DNA from: Promethearchaeota archaeon
Lineage (GTDB): Archaea; Asgardarchaeota; Lokiarchaeia; Sigyniarchaeales; SOKP01
NCBI GenBank assembly: GCA_048938445.1
Contig: JBHLME010000121.1
Span: 1 to 13,666, forward strand
Direction: 5' to 3'
Length of the DNA: 13,666 nt
Made by a program: the position numbers and the translations under genes. The stretch's first letter is position 1. Each line of letters opens with the position of its first letter. A model generated the notes under the pieces. It searched no databases and was not told the DNA's origin. It saw only the letters and a program-made list of their open reading frames with translations. Of this stretch, positions 1 through 8,888 are shown one piece after another.

Positions 1-523
1 AAGGTAATTTATCTAAAATGCTCTCATAAAAGTCTAACATCTGCTCACTAAAACCTCGCTCAGGAACAGAGAGAAGAAAATCCTCTCCAGATATCCTTCT
101 TTTTTTCAAGTGTTCTATGATTACTCTTTTTCGCGATAATTTACTTAATTTATCTTTGCTTAACTCTAAAAATTCCAATGATATAGGATTTAAATTGAAT
201 GTTTCTCTCCAACAACCTTCAAATAATTGATTTATTTCTCTATCATCAGGTTTAAGTTTTAAGTATTCCATAAATTTTTGTTCATTATCTAAGGAACCTA
301 ATAACTTCCTCAATTCTTCAAATTTTTGTTCTAATAAGTTACATGCTTTCATGTATGTCTTAGAATTTTCATCAAGATAATTTACATTAATAATTTTTTG
401 TAATTCTATAAAGAGAGGTACTAATTCATAATTCAGTAGATTTATCTTACCATTGATAACTTGCTTTTGAATATCATCGATTTTTGTTGTCAATATCTCC
501 GATAGTTCTTTGACCTCCTCCAT
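1..523 (-). CDS. Kleisin/ScpA-like SMC accessory protein (3' end runs off window)
   Basis: Not in the ORF track. ATG at 523-521 directly abuts the SMC stop (TGA 526-524), and the frame is open to position 1: MEEVKELSEILTTKIDDIQKQVINGKINLLNYELVPLFIELQKIINVNYLDENSKTYMKACNLLEQKFEELRKLL...FSEQMLDFYESILDKLP. The N-terminal helical pattern (INLLNYEL...ACNLLEQK) resembles the ScpA N-terminus. Position behind smc fits a kleisin. The product call is inference. Confidence 0.6.
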   Translation of the reverse strand, partial: MEEVKELSEILTTKIDDIQKQVINGKINLLNYELVPLFIELQKIINVNYLDENSKTYMKACNLLEQKFEELRKLLGSLDNEQKFMEYLKLKPDDREINQLFEGCWRETFNLNPISLEFLELSKDKLSKLSRKRVIIEHLKKRRISGEDFLLSVPERGFSEQMLDFYESILDKLP

Positions 524-3500
524 TCATTCTACCTCTGTGATTAATTTTGGTTTAAAAATAGTTGATAATTCTTTTTTCCCAACTCTCGCTACTCCTATTA
601 TCTTATCTGCTAACAGATATAATTTATTCGAAGTTTTAGGTAAAAACATAATCATTTGAATAGGGTTTTGTTCTAATGTTGATTTAATAAGTTGATAAGA
701 AACTTCAGCATTCTTATCATCTAAAAACATACCAGCCTCATCGAACATGCACAGTGGAGAGGGTTTAATTTCTTGTAAAGAGAGCATCAAACAAATCGCA
801 ATCATAGAAATTTGACCCCCAGATAAAGCACTAAATGTTTTTAACTGATCTTTTGAGGTAGCGGCTTTAATTTTTACGCCTAATTCCTCAAAATTGCCGA
901 CTAATTCTAAGCTACAATATGACTTTATTTGTGAGGATTCAAATTTAAAATTTATTTTTGATTTTAAGTCATTAAGAACTACCTTAAATTTCTCATAATA
1001 AGCATCTTCAAGTTTATTCTCGGTTTTCATTGCTGATTTTATATCATTTTCCAAATCTTTTTGATTTTTAGCAATTTTTTTTAAACTATTCAATATTTGG
1101 TCTCTCTCTACTAAGAGTGAATCATCCACGTCCATATATTTCAACAATTTCTTTTCAATTTTTATGAGATCTTCTTGGATTAACTCAATAGAACGTGGTT
1201 GAAAATCTTTAAAATCCTTTAATTGAAGGTTTATTCTTTCAAGAGCTCTCTTCTTTGTATCAATGTCATTATTTAATGAATTTAAAGTGATATTTTCTTG
1301 TTCAAAATCAATATTTAATTGAATATTCTTCTTATCTAATTCCATTTTTTCAGTTTTAATTTTATTTACTTCTTCTTTTAATTTTAAAATTTTTTCTTCG
1401 CTCTCATCAATATTATTTTCAATAGTTTCCAATTCTTGATATATCTTAAAAGCATTTTTATCTGCTTTTTGAAATTCTGATTTTTTATCATCATATTCTT
1501 TCTTAATAGTATTAACTTCAGTTTCTAATAAAGTAACTTTTTGCTCCATTTCATTTAGGACTTTTTGATTAACTTTCTCTTTTAATATCCATTTTTTCTT
1601 TTTGTCATTTAATTCAGTTAATTCCTTTGGTATTCTTTTAATTCGATGGATTATCTTGAAAAAATCAGGATCTTTCTGAGCTTCTAATTCACTTATTTTT
1701 AAATCGAGATTATTTATCTTCTCCTCATTTTCTTTTATTAATTCTTCATGAGCATAGATTTTTTCATATAACTCATTTTTTTTATTTGTTAATCTTTGCT
1801 TTTGATTAAAATTATACAATAAATCATTGAAAGCTTCCTTTTTTTTATAAATCTCTTTTTGAATATTATCTAGCTTGGATAAATCAACTCTAAAATTTGA
1901 AATATTCTCATTTAATCTCTTAATTTCACTTTCTAATAATTCTGATTGCTCTTTTTGCGTTCCTACAGATAAGGTACCTTTTAATTGTTTAATAAAAGGA
2001 GTTTCATATACATATTTATAAGAAATGATTTGCTCTCCTTTCAGAGTGACACATTTTCCCTTAAAATCATGATTTTTATATAATTCCTTTCCAGCAATAA
2101 AATCTTTGGCAACCAAACAATTTGTTACCTTTGAATAGATAACTTTTTTAATATCTTCATCGTCATCTACAATTTTTATTAATTCAGCAAGATAACCAAT
2201 AATACCCCTTGCTGAAATCTTCATTAATGGCAATACCTTGAGATTCTTTGGAACATAGATATTACAATAGGCATTATACTTATTTTTAAGTCTTTTAATT
2301 AATTCTAACGTATCCCAATTATCTACAACAAAACTATAAAGTAATTTTTCTCCAAGTACAGACTCAATTGCATAACTCAATGAGTCATCATATTTTATAT
2401 AATCAATAATAGGACCTTTAGCATTTAATTCACGTTTTTCAATCTCTTCCTTAAGGATGGTAATATTAGTTGGTAGAATGACTTTTCTTTCTCTAAGGGA
2501 GGCTTGTAAAGGTTTTAATTTTCGAATCTTTTTTATTCTTGTTTGTTCCATTTGTTCAATAGCATTTTCCAAAGAGAATATTTTCGCTGAAACTTTTCCT
2601 AATTCATTATTAAATCTTCCTAACAAATCTTTAGTAGGATTTTCAAGAAACCATTTATTTAATTCCAATTTATGGTCAATATCTTTTAAACTTTGAAAAA
2701 TTTGATTTATTTCAGAATTAATTTCTTTAATTATGGTTTTAAAATCTTCAATTTCTTTTAATTTCTTATTTTTATCGGTAGTTATTTGGTTATACGCATC
2801 TAAGAATTCCTTATTTTGTTCAATTTTTTTTGTTAAAGTAGCCTGTTCATCGATTAGGTTATCAATTACTCCTTCTAATTTAGATATTTCGTCTTTTATC
2901 AGATTAGTCTCTTTTTTTACACTTTCTCTTTTACTAATATGATTATTCAATATTTTTTCTTTTTGCGCTAAAAATTCATTTAATTTCTCGAGTTCTTGTT
3001 TTACTTGTATTTTATTTTTTTGCCAATTTTCAATTTTTTTTACTAATTCTTTTTTTTTATAACTTAATTCCCCTATCTTCATTGAATAGTCATTTATATT
3101 TACACCAATTTCATCAATCCTCCTTTGAAATTTTTCAAGTTCATCATTGCACGTTCGTATTTCATAGTTTATAATGTCAATATTTACTTTTGTCTTCACA
3201 ATAAGTTCATTTATTTTGTCTATTTCTTCTTGTATTATTTTCTTATTTGCCCATAAAAGCTCATCTTCGAATTCTATTTTTTTCTTTAATAACTTTTTTT
3301 TCTCTTCTAAGCGTTCTAATTTTGGTCTTAAAAGATCCAATCCGATATTTAACGTATTTTTTTTAGTAATTATTGAATTAAGTTCTGATTGTAAACTCTT
3401 TACATCATTCTTTTGTTGCAAAATTTCGTCTCTTAAACTCTTTAATCCTATCCCTTCTTCAAGAAAATTACATAATTCTATTGGTTTTAATGATTTTATT

Positions 3501-3961
3501 GAATCAATCTTACCTTGACTAACAAATGCAAAATGATTATCTGGATTAAAATTAAATTCCTTAACAAGCTTTTGAATTTCTTTAGATGATACTCTTTTGA
3601 ATGATTTTTTACCCTTTTCTTGCATTGAAAAAAAAGGGGATTTCCCTCTTATTACAGTCCTTTGTATTTTAACCATTCTTCCTCTATTATTAATATGGAG
3701 TTCAACCATTGCATGTTTTTGACCATTTCTTATAAAATCTGACCATTTTGAATATCGCTCATCCCTTTCATTACTACCTAATCCAAATTTAATTGCTTGA
3801 AATATAGAGGTTTTTCCGCTCCAATTTGGACCAATTACTAAATTAAATTTTGCATCTTCAAAATCAATTTCATCTTTTTCAAATGAAAGGAAATTTTCTA
3901 AAATTACTTTACTTATATAAACATCTCGTAATATAGACATAATTTGACTTGGAGCTGCCAT
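524..3961 (-). CDS. smc: SMC-family ATPase with hinge, SMC5/6-like
   Basis: 1145 aa with N-terminal LENFLSF, Walker A GPNWSGKTS, Q-loop FAFVSQG, two long coiled coils around a hinge (KGPIIDYIK...AIESVLG), signature LSGGQ and Walker B/D-loop LCMFDEAGMFLD. Confidence 0.92.
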   Translation of the reverse strand: MAAPSQIMSILRDVYISKVILENFLSFEKDEIDFEDAKFNLVIGPNWSGKTSIFQAIKFGLGSNERDERYSKWSDFIRNGQKHAMVELHINNRGRMVKIQRTVIRGKSPFFSMQEKGKKSFKRVSSKEIQKLVKEFNFNPDNHFAFVSQGKIDSIKSLKPIELCNFLEEGIGLKSLRDEILQQKNDVKSLQSELNSIITKKNTLNIGLDLLRPKLERLEEKKKLLKKKIEFEDELLWANKKIIQEEIDKINELIVKTKVNIDIINYEIRTCNDELEKFQRRIDEIGVNINDYSMKIGELSYKKKELVKKIENWQKNKIQVKQELEKLNEFLAQKEKILNNHISKRESVKKETNLIKDEISKLEGVIDNLIDEQATLTKKIEQNKEFLDAYNQITTDKNKKLKEIEDFKTIIKEINSEINQIFQSLKDIDHKLELNKWFLENPTKDLLGRFNNELGKVSAKIFSLENAIEQMEQTRIKKIRKLKPLQASLRERKVILPTNITILKEEIEKRELNAKGPIIDYIKYDDSLSYAIESVLGEKLLYSFVVDNWDTLELIKRLKNKYNAYCNIYVPKNLKVLPLMKISARGIIGYLAELIKIVDDDEDIKKVIYSKVTNCLVAKDFIAGKELYKNHDFKGKCVTLKGEQIISYKYVYETPFIKQLKGTLSVGTQKEQSELLESEIKRLNENISNFRVDLSKLDNIQKEIYKKKEAFNDLLYNFNQKQRLTNKKNELYEKIYAHEELIKENEEKINNLDLKISELEAQKDPDFFKIIHRIKRIPKELTELNDKKKKWILKEKVNQKVLNEMEQKVTLLETEVNTIKKEYDDKKSEFQKADKNAFKIYQELETIENNIDESEEKILKLKEEVNKIKTEKMELDKKNIQLNIDFEQENITLNSLNNDIDTKKRALERINLQLKDFKDFQPRSIELIQEDLIKIEKKLLKYMDVDDSLLVERDQILNSLKKIAKNQKDLENDIKSAMKTENKLEDAYYEKFKVVLNDLKSKINFKFESSQIKSYCSLELVGNFEELGVKIKAATSKDQLKTFSALSGGQISMIAICLMLSLQEIKPSPLCMFDEAGMFLDDKNAEVSYQLIKSTLEQNPIQMIMFLPKTSNKLYLLADKIIGVARVGKKELSTIFKPKLITEVE

Positions 3962-3979
3962 CGTTCATCATCTCATATA

Positions 3980-5227
3980 TTAATCCTTCCCAAAAGCAAG
4001 CTTTATTAAATCAACTCTTTTTTTAGCTTTTTCCAAGTTAAGTTGTGCCCTACTAGGATTATCATTTAAAATAAAGGGATATTGAGCTAGTAATTTCCTA
4101 TCATTTTCTTCAATTGGTTCTTTTTTTTTTAATTTATCAATAATGAGCAGGATTTCACTATAATTCCTCGAAGCTGCGTCTTCATATAATTGACTAAGCA
4201 TGAATTCAGAATAGCCTTGTTTTTGAATTCTATTAATAATATCATCAATACCTGCCATATTCAACAAAAAATCCTCATTATCATCCGATATTTCTGTAAT
4301 GATGGATTTTTCTTTATGATTTCCCATTAATTCTTTAGTTCTTAGATGATCAGGTAAAAAAGAAGGTATAAATTCACCAGATTCAATCAATTTTACAATT
4401 ATATCAGTTATTTCATTACTAGTTTCATTTAAATCAGAATTTAAAAAATGTTTCAAGATAGCAACTTTTAGTAATTGTTTTAGGTTTAATACTTCCCAAT
4501 TTTTTGTATATGTCACCACAGTATTAATATCAAAAGAGATTCTAGTATTTTTTTCTGCAAAATCTCTTAAGATGGTCTCACGTTCAATCTTGTTTAATAT
4601 AGGAATATTAATAAAAAGGTCAAAAACTTTATATATATCCTCAGAATTATTGATAAACTCTTGGTATTCATTTGTAACCCATACCAATATTTTATTATTC
4701 TCCTTGTAAGAAATATCCATAAATCTATCCCGCCAATAATTCATGAAAGTATTAAAAAGGCTTTCTCCATCAAGAATTTTCTTTAAATTTTTAGACTGAT
4801 TTATCAATATCAAGATTTTATTGTTATTTTTCTTAGACTTGTTTTCCTCATTTATTTTTACTTCAGAATTAAAATCTTCTAAAATTTTATTAAAAACGTT
4901 AATAAAATCGTTAGGAGCTTTTATAATTTCAGTAGTATCTAATTCAATAAAGTCCAGATAATAATTATTTGATATCAACTTTATATAATCTAATATATCC
5001 GTCCCTGAAGGAGCATTGATTAATAATGTGCCTTTAGGTTTAATATAGTTATAGATTTCCAATTCTTCTGAAGTAGTCATCATTAATTTAAAATAGTTTA
5101 TAATATCATTATATTTATCACGATAGAATATTTCTCCTTTATCAATTTTGATATCGGAAGATTCTATTCTCTTTAAAAATCTATTATGTTCTGAAATATC
5201 AAAAATATCGTTCATTAAACATTCCAC
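3980..5227 (-). CDS. Degenerate (probably inactive) AAA+ ATPase-like protein
   Basis: PKGTLLINAPSGTDIL matches the PKGxLLxGPPGTGKT context of classical AAA proteins but lacks GKT. The Walker B position reads ILILINQ. Later LVWVTN and VFDLFINIPILNKIERETIL resemble the AAA sensor-1 and RFD..I.IP.P....R..IL lid region. Confidence 0.6.
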   Translation of the reverse strand: MECLMNDIFDISEHNRFLKRIESSDIKIDKGEIFYRDKYNDIINYFKLMMTTSEELEIYNYIKPKGTLLINAPSGTDILDYIKLISNNYYLDFIELDTTEIIKAPNDFINVFNKILEDFNSEVKINEENKSKKNNNKILILINQSKNLKKILDGESLFNTFMNYWRDRFMDISYKENNKILVWVTNEYQEFINNSEDIYKVFDLFINIPILNKIERETILRDFAEKNTRISFDINTVVTYTKNWEVLNLKQLLKVAILKHFLNSDLNETSNEITDIIVKLIESGEFIPSFLPDHLRTKELMGNHKEKSIITEISDDNEDFLLNMAGIDDIINRIQKQGYSEFMLSQLYEDAASRNYSEILLIIDKLKKKEPIEENDRKLLAQYPFILNDNPSRAQLNLEKAKKRVDLIKLAFGKD

Positions 5228-5424
5228 TTTATTTTTTTAATTTGAATTTCAACATTATTTTAATGGTGGGACACCATATATAAATTTATGTGAGAAGATT
5301 GTCAAAATCGGTAAGATCCGATAAATTTAAATAAGGATATTAACCATGACAATATTTATTACTGATATATTACTTCTTTTTAAATTTGTTACTTAGAATA
5401 TAACAGATAAAAATAAAAATATGA

Positions 5425-5459
5425 GGGAGAGTATATTTTTCAAAAAAGTATACTCTTTT
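5425..5459. promoter_or_regulatory. Inverted repeat in divergent intergenic region (operator or hairpin)
   Basis: AGAGTATA (5428-5435) and TATACTCT (5449-5456) form perfect 8-bp arms, extendable inward by T5/A-run pairing and outward by G.U pairs. Function unknown. Confidence 0.3.
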
Positions 5460-5561
5460 AATCCCATAAATAGTAATAAAAAAAAAAATTAGATATAAAA
5501 ATATGTAAAATATTATATCTATACTAAAATTAAAAATATGATTTTATAGGTGCAATAAAAC

Positions 5562-6476
5562 ATGACAGATCCAGTTATCCAAACTTATATGTATATACTG
5601 ACTCCATTTATAGCAGTTATGTACCCAATTATTTTCAAGTATTTATTTAAGCTTAAGCTCAAATCAAATGAATTTAGAATTATTTTGATTAATAGTATTG
5701 TCATAGCAACAGCCGTTTTTATTACTGAAGTTTCCGTAAATTTTCAGAATTTAGGTTTGTTTCTTCTCTTGGGAATAATTACAGGAATCATTTTTGTTGG
5801 AATGATGTATTATATCATAAAATTGCTCAAGAAGCAGAATAAGGAGATAACTCTGAGAAGACGCAAGGTAGAAAATGTGCTTGAAGTCAGTGAACAAGCT
5901 TCTGAAAAGGTCTCTAATAGCGCAACATCACTCGCAGCAAGTGCTAATGAAATTAATGCTTCAGCCGAAGAAATTTCAGCGACTACCTTAGAAATTGTCA
6001 CGAAAGCTCAAAAACTAGAAAGTACTTTAAAGGAAATCAATAGTATGGCAAATGAAATTAAAGTAATCGCAGATATTATTACCAGCATTTCAGAACAAAC
6101 CAATTTACTTGCATTAAATGCTAGTATTGAAGCGGGTCGTGCAGGAGAACATGGTCGTGGATTTGCAGTTGTAGCTGAGAGAGTTCAAAAGTTAGCTGAA
6201 GAATCTAAGAATTCAGTTGGACAAACAGGTGACTTAGTTGAATCAATTACTAAAAAAATATTAGGAGCATCGATAGATAGCGTGGATATAACTCGTGGAA
6301 TGGAGGAAATTAGTGCTTCAACTGAAGAACAAACTGCTTCTATGGAAGAAATATCTGCTACAGCAGCACAATTAGGACAAGAAGCTTATTTATTGAAAGA
6401 GGCAATTGCTAAAGAAATAAAAACAAAAATAGATATAAATGAACCAAAAAGAATTACAAAAAAAAAGTTAAAATAA
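5562..6476 (+). CDS. Methyl-accepting chemotaxis protein (three N-terminal TM helices, short signalling domain)
   Basis: Canonical MCP hairpin tip [40 protein letters not shown], methylation helices ASAEEISA and [16 protein letters not shown], and a hydrophobic N-terminus. Confidence 0.92.
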   Translation: MTDPVIQTYMYILTPFIAVMYPIIFKYLFKLKLKSNEFRIILINSIVIATAVFITEVSVNFQNLGLFLLLGIITGIIFVGMMYYIIKLLKKQNKEITLRRRKVENVLEVSEQASEKVSNSATSLAASANEINASAEEISATTLEIVTKAQKLESTLKEINSMANEIKVIADIITSISEQTNLLALNASIEAGRAGEHGRGFAVVAERVQKLAEESKNSVGQTGDLVESITKKILGASIDSVDITRGMEEISASTEEQTASMEEISATAAQLGQEAYLLKEAIAKEIKTKIDINEPKRITKKKLK

Positions 6477-6499
6477 ATGTTTACAGTATAATTTAACAA

Positions 6500-6892
6500 C
6501 TATATATCTAATTCTTCTTTAAATAATTTAATATAATTCTCAAATTCATCCATCATCAAGTCGTAATAAGTAAATTTACCTTTTTTCCAACCTCTGATTA
6601 ATCCTATTCTTTCTAAGGACCGTAAATGATGGGAAATAGAGGGTTGAGATTTGTCTAATATAGTTTCAAGCTCGCACACGCATTGCTCTCCCTTTTCTTT
6701 TAAAGTCTTGATGATCATTAAACGATCTTTATTTCCTAAAGAATTAAAAAATTCAATAAGTTGAGAAAATTTCTGACTCATCTTCAATTTCATTCCATAG
6801 TCCTTTAATTCTTTGAAATAAGTCTCTACACATCCATTTTCATTACATGAACACAAAATTTCTTTTATTTCCTTTTCACGCGTGAGATCCAT
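6500..6892 (-). CDS. arsR: ArsR/SmtB family metalloregulator
   Basis: FNSLGNKDRLMII...CVCELETILDKSQPSISHHLRSLERIGLI...GKFTYY has the ArsR wHTH and the alpha3 CVCEL As(III)-binding motif. There is an extra N-terminal CSCxxxxC. The gene is divergent from the acr3-containing cluster. Confidence 0.9.
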   Translation of the reverse strand: MDLTREKEIKEILCSCNENGCVETYFKELKDYGMKLKMSQKFSQLIEFFNSLGNKDRLMIIKTLKEKGEQCVCELETILDKSQPSISHHLRSLERIGLIRGWKKGKFTYYDLMMDEFENYIKLFKEELDI

Positions 6893-6990
6893 GATGATCG
6901 TTTAATTATTAGTTTTTCTTCTTATAATATTACTATAATTGATGGTTTAAATTTTTTTCGATTCATATAAATAAAATCTAATTCAAATAA

Positions 6991-7040
6991 AAAAATTTTT
7001 AAATGAAGCAATTTATTACTATATCAATGCTTCTTGACAC
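6991..7040 (+). promoter_or_regulatory. Candidate archaeal promoter plus ArsR operator
   Basis: A-rich BRE-like run and TTTTAAA TATA-like box at about 6991-7003. The imperfect dyad ATATCAA-N6-TTGACAC (7021-7040) sits near the expected start site, and GAAGCA-N17-TGCTTC spans 7005-7033. The AT-rich background makes this tentative. Confidence 0.3.
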
Positions 7041-7057
7041 ATTTTTTTTTAAAAAAT

Positions 7058-7819
7058 ATGATAAAAAAAAATCTAAATCAAAACCATAACATCAAAGTAG
7101 GAGTTATTTCTGATGGTAAATATGGTGAAAGAGCTTTTGAAAATATAAAATCCTTTTTTAATACTAAATGGATTATAGTTCCTGATATCCCTACAAATAT
7201 AATGTTAGATAATGATTTAGATCTTGAAATTCCTGAATGTGATATCTATATTTCTTATGTTAGACATCCAGATATAATAATACAAATAGTAGAACTCCAA
7301 AAACCCGTGATACTTGGTATCCTTCCTGGAATAGGATTATATAAGCAAATTAAAGATATTAATTCAAAGGTCATTCACGTGCCAACAATGTGTTCCCTTG
7401 AAGATAATACTGGAATACCTGAAATAGATGAATTTGCTAAATTCTTTGGGAAACCTATTTTTATACCTACAATTGATGAGAATAATGTTTTTACGAAGAT
7501 TAACCTGATTAGATCTTCATTATGTGGTTCTTCGAAAGCTGGGGCTAATTTCTTATTAAATAAAGAATTTAATGAAAAAAACTTGCAAGAATTCGCCATA
7601 AGGGTTTGTCATGAATGTCGTGCACCCCGATTTGGTAATACGTGTGATAAGGAATCTGCAGGGATTAATCATATTATAGCTTTATTAAGTTGTATTTCTC
7701 CCGAAATCCTTATTCATAGTAATGAAAACTTGAAATCTTTCATGAAAGATATTCAAAAAGAATATGAAAAAAGATTAGATATATCAAGAAGTCTAATTAA
7801 TGAGGTAAATTTAACATGA
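7058..7819 (+). CDS. DUF166-like Cys-containing protein
   Basis: GKYGER, YVRHPD, PTMCSLE...PEIDEFAKFFGKP, RSSLCGSS and CHECRA motifs resemble the DUF166 family. ATG 7058 is preferred over the track's TTG 7034. The TGA stop overlaps the acr3 ATG (ATGA 7816-7819). Confidence 0.7.
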   Translation: MIKKNLNQNHNIKVGVISDGKYGERAFENIKSFFNTKWIIVPDIPTNIMLDNDLDLEIPECDIYISYVRHPDIIIQIVELQKPVILGILPGIGLYKQIKDINSKVIHVPTMCSLEDNTGIPEIDEFAKFFGKPIFIPTIDENNVFTKINLIRSSLCGSSKAGANFLLNKEFNEKNLQEFAIRVCHECRAPRFGNTCDKESAGINHIIALLSCISPEILIHSNENLKSFMKDIQKEYEKRLDISRSLINEVNLT

Positions 7820-8865
7820 ATGATACAATAAAAATAGAAACGAACATACAGGACGCCAAAAAACTTGGTTATTTTGAAAAATTACTTCCATTATGGGTTG
7901 CTATTTGTATTATTATAGGTATCCTTTTATCTTTAATTCCAGGTTTAAGCAATATCCTTAAAGCTTTGGTTATACCATATACAGGGATATCTATACCAAT
8001 TGGAATATGTTTATTTTTAATGATGTACCCAGCAATGTTAAACCTTCAACTAACTGAATTGAAAAAGCTAGGAAAAAATCCCATACCAATTATCTTGACT
8101 CTAATATCTAATTGGATCGTAGCCCCATTGGTAGGTTTATTAGTTGCAAGAATTTTTTTAACGGGAAACGATGACCTAATACTTGCAATTATATTATTAT
8201 CCAGTTCACCTTGTACCGCAATGGTATTAGTTTGGGGTTGGATGGCACGTGGTAATCAAGAACAAAATGTAATTAATACGAGTATAAATACAATTACAAT
8301 TATCTTTCTCTACGTTGGAATAGTAACTTTGTTAACAGGAATTCAAAATATCCCAATAGATCCACTATCTTTATTAATTTCGTTGGTTTTCTTTATTGGT
8401 CTTCCACTATTAGCCGGAATTGTTAGTAAAAAAATATTAATTTCATCTAAAGGTGAAATTTGGTTTGAAAAGAAATATAGACCCTTTGTAGGAAAAATTT
8501 CTATTGTTGCTTTATTAACGACATTAATAATTCTTTTTTCAATGAACGGTGATGTTCTTCGAAATTATCCAGAGTTATTGATTTTAGTATCAATTCCTCT
8601 GTTAGTAGGATTTGTAATTGTTGTAGGTTATAATATCTTAATGACTAAAATATTCAAACTATACTATCGAGAAGCAATTATAACTGTTATTATTGGCTCA
8701 TCAAGTCATTTTGAAATTGCGATAGCAACTGCAGTTGGAATAGGTAGTGCTATTGCAGCTCTTGGTACCACAATGGGATTGTTTTGGGAAGTTCCTGTTA
8801 TGTTATCTATAGTATATCTAGGAAGATTTTTATTAAAGAAAGGTTTTTGGAAAGAAAATCAATAA
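7816..8865 (+). CDS. acr3: Acr3 family arsenite efflux transporter
   Basis: FEKLLPLWV, IPIGICLFLMMYPAM, NWIVAP, SPCTAMVLVW (conserved Cys), GSSSHFEIAIATAV and EVPVML motifs, with about 10 TM segments. Confidence 0.95.
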   Translation: MNDTIKIETNIQDAKKLGYFEKLLPLWVAICIIIGILLSLIPGLSNILKALVIPYTGISIPIGICLFLMMYPAMLNLQLTELKKLGKNPIPIILTLISNWIVAPLVGLLVARIFLTGNDDLILAIILLSSSPCTAMVLVWGWMARGNQEQNVINTSINTITIIFLYVGIVTLLTGIQNIPIDPLSLLISLVFFIGLPLLAGIVSKKILISSKGEIWFEKKYRPFVGKISIVALLTTLIILFSMNGDVLRNYPELLILVSIPLLVGFVIVVGYNILMTKIFKLYYREAIITVIIGSSSHFEIAIATAVGIGSAIAALGTTMGLFWEVPVMLSIVYLGRFLLKKGFWKENQ

Positions 8866-8888
8866 TTTTTTTTTTATGGTGAAGAATC

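Noticed and set aside
2457-3518. Three plus-strand ORFs (2457-2696, 2733-2942, 3174-3518)
   Set aside because: They are antisense shadows of the smc coiled coils; the F/L/S/I-rich composition is the complement of K/E codons.
5810-7599. Minus-strand ORFs 5810-6001 and 7375-7599
   Set aside because: They lie fully antisense to the MCP and DUF166-like genes and have no motifs.
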